Below, in pieces: positions 40,042 through 40,774 of a DNA stretch of 40,774 nucleotides. Both the position numbers and the translations under genes were made by a program. The stretch comes from an uncultured Rickettsiales bacterium (GTDB taxonomy: Bacteria > Pseudomonadota > Alphaproteobacteria > Rickettsiales > SXRF01). The stretch's first letter is position 1. The number at the start of each line of letters is the position of its first letter. Location of the stretch: the NCBI GenBank assembly GCA_964620765.1, contig CAZUKF010000002.1, positions 1 to 40,774 of the forward strand, read 5' to 3'. The notes below the pieces were generated by a model that ran no database searches, was not told the origin of the DNA, and worked only from the letters and a program-made list of their open reading frames with translations.

Positions 40042-40735
40042 CGTCTACCCCTATGCAAACCTCGGCACCGCCGATTTTGGCTGGCTCAAGGCCCGCTACC
40101 ATTTCAGCTTCTCGCGCTACCTGAACCCGGAGCGTATGGGCTTTGGCGCGCTTCGCGTCATCAACGATGACCGCGTCGCTGCCGGCACCGGCTTTTCGCC
40201 GCACCCGCACAAGGACATGGAAATCATCACCTACGTGCGCACGGGCGCCATCTCGCATGAAGACAACATGAAAAACGCCGGCCGCACGGGTGCTGGCGAC
40301 GTGCAGGTCATGAGCGCGGGCACGGGCATCACGCATTCCGAGCAGAACCGCGAAGGTGTCGCCACCACGCTCTACCAGATCTGGATCGAGCCCGACAAAG
40401 AGGGCGTGCAGCCGCGCTGGGACGCGAAGGCCTTCCCCAAAACCCCGGTGCAGGGCGCGCTCGAACTGCTCGTCTCCGGCCGCAAGGAAGACGAAGGCAA
40501 AGGCGCGCTCTTCATCCACCAGGACGCGGCGATCTGGGGCGGCCGCCTCAACGCCGGCACGCGCATCGCGCAGCCCATCAAGCACCAGGCGTATATACTG
40601 GTGCCGCAGGGCTCGGTCTCTCTCAACGGCACCAAGGTAAGCCAGGGTGACGGCGCCGAGATCACGGGCATGAAGGAAATCACGCTGGCCGCCGATGCAG
40701 ATGCGGAAGTACTGGTGATTGATGTGCCCGCTTAA
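40034..40735 (+). CDS. Pirin family protein (bicupin)
   Basis: The internal ATG gives MITVYPYANLGTADFGWLKARYHFSFSRYLNPERMGFGALRVINDDRVAAGTGFSPHPHKDMEIITYVRTGAISHEDNMKN...VQVMSAGTGITHSEQN, the pirin metal-binding cupin motif (HPH...E...H). Confidence 0.9.
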   Translation: MITVYPYANLGTADFGWLKARYHFSFSRYLNPERMGFGALRVINDDRVAAGTGFSPHPHKDMEIITYVRTGAISHEDNMKNAGRTGAGDVQVMSAGTGITHSEQNREGVATTLYQIWIEPDKEGVQPRWDAKAFPKTPVQGALELLVSGRKEDEGKGALFIHQDAAIWGGRLNAGTRIAQPIKHQAYILVPQGSVSLNGTKVSQGDGAEITGMKEITLAADADAEVLVIDVPA

Positions 40736-40742
40736 GCGGTAA

Positions 40743-40774
40743 TGGTGCCGTCTAGAGGACTCGAACCTCCGACC
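40743..40774 (-). tRNA. tRNA gene, 3' portion only (isotype not determinable; the anticodon lies outside the window)
   Basis: The reverse complement reads ggtcGGAGGTTCGAGTCCTCTagacggcACCA: a T-arm with a GTTCGAGTC loop region, a 7-nt acceptor strand, discriminator A, and an encoded CCA. Confidence 0.8.

Noticed and set aside
40736-40774. The tRNA gene at the right edge as a genomic-island integration site
   Set aside because: No integrase, direct repeat of the tRNA 3' end, or other mobile gene is visible inside the window. The adjacent genes (pirin, gspC) show ordinary composition.

Overview
GC-rich bacterial chromosomal segment, probably alphaproteobacterial (an inference from gene content and repeat types, not verified). 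No rRNA, CRISPR array, transposase or integrase is visible. Housekeeping genes: fumC (5' part, runs off the left edge), purE-purK, an iscX-tsaE-amgK-murU leftward operon, dps, a pirin, and a partial tRNA at the right edge. Signalling and transport genes: a GGDEF cyclase, a TAXI solute receptor, a DAACS symporter, and a CheY-like receiver translationally coupled to a 1110-aa exported TPR protein. Three regions stand out. (1) A type II secretion locus is split into gspEFGHIJKLM (leftward), gspD (rightward, with its own terminator-isolated unit) and a short PDZ-less gspC (leftward). Between gspE and gspD lie two beta-helix exoprotein genes that share a near-identical C-terminal PKD-like module, plus a truncated third paralogue inside an AT-rich island. 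(2) An uncharacterised module: an 1842-aa signal-peptide-bearing, proline-rich, cysteine-rich giant protein, divergent from a tight three-gene operon (93 aa, 624 aa, and a transglutaminase-like protein with a Cys/His tail). I could not assign a function to any of these and consider this the best candidate for an undescribed system. (3) Families of palindromic GTCA...TGAC-type elements occupy six of the eight convergent gene junctions. Many long ORFs in the track are antisense artefacts of high GC content and were rejected.
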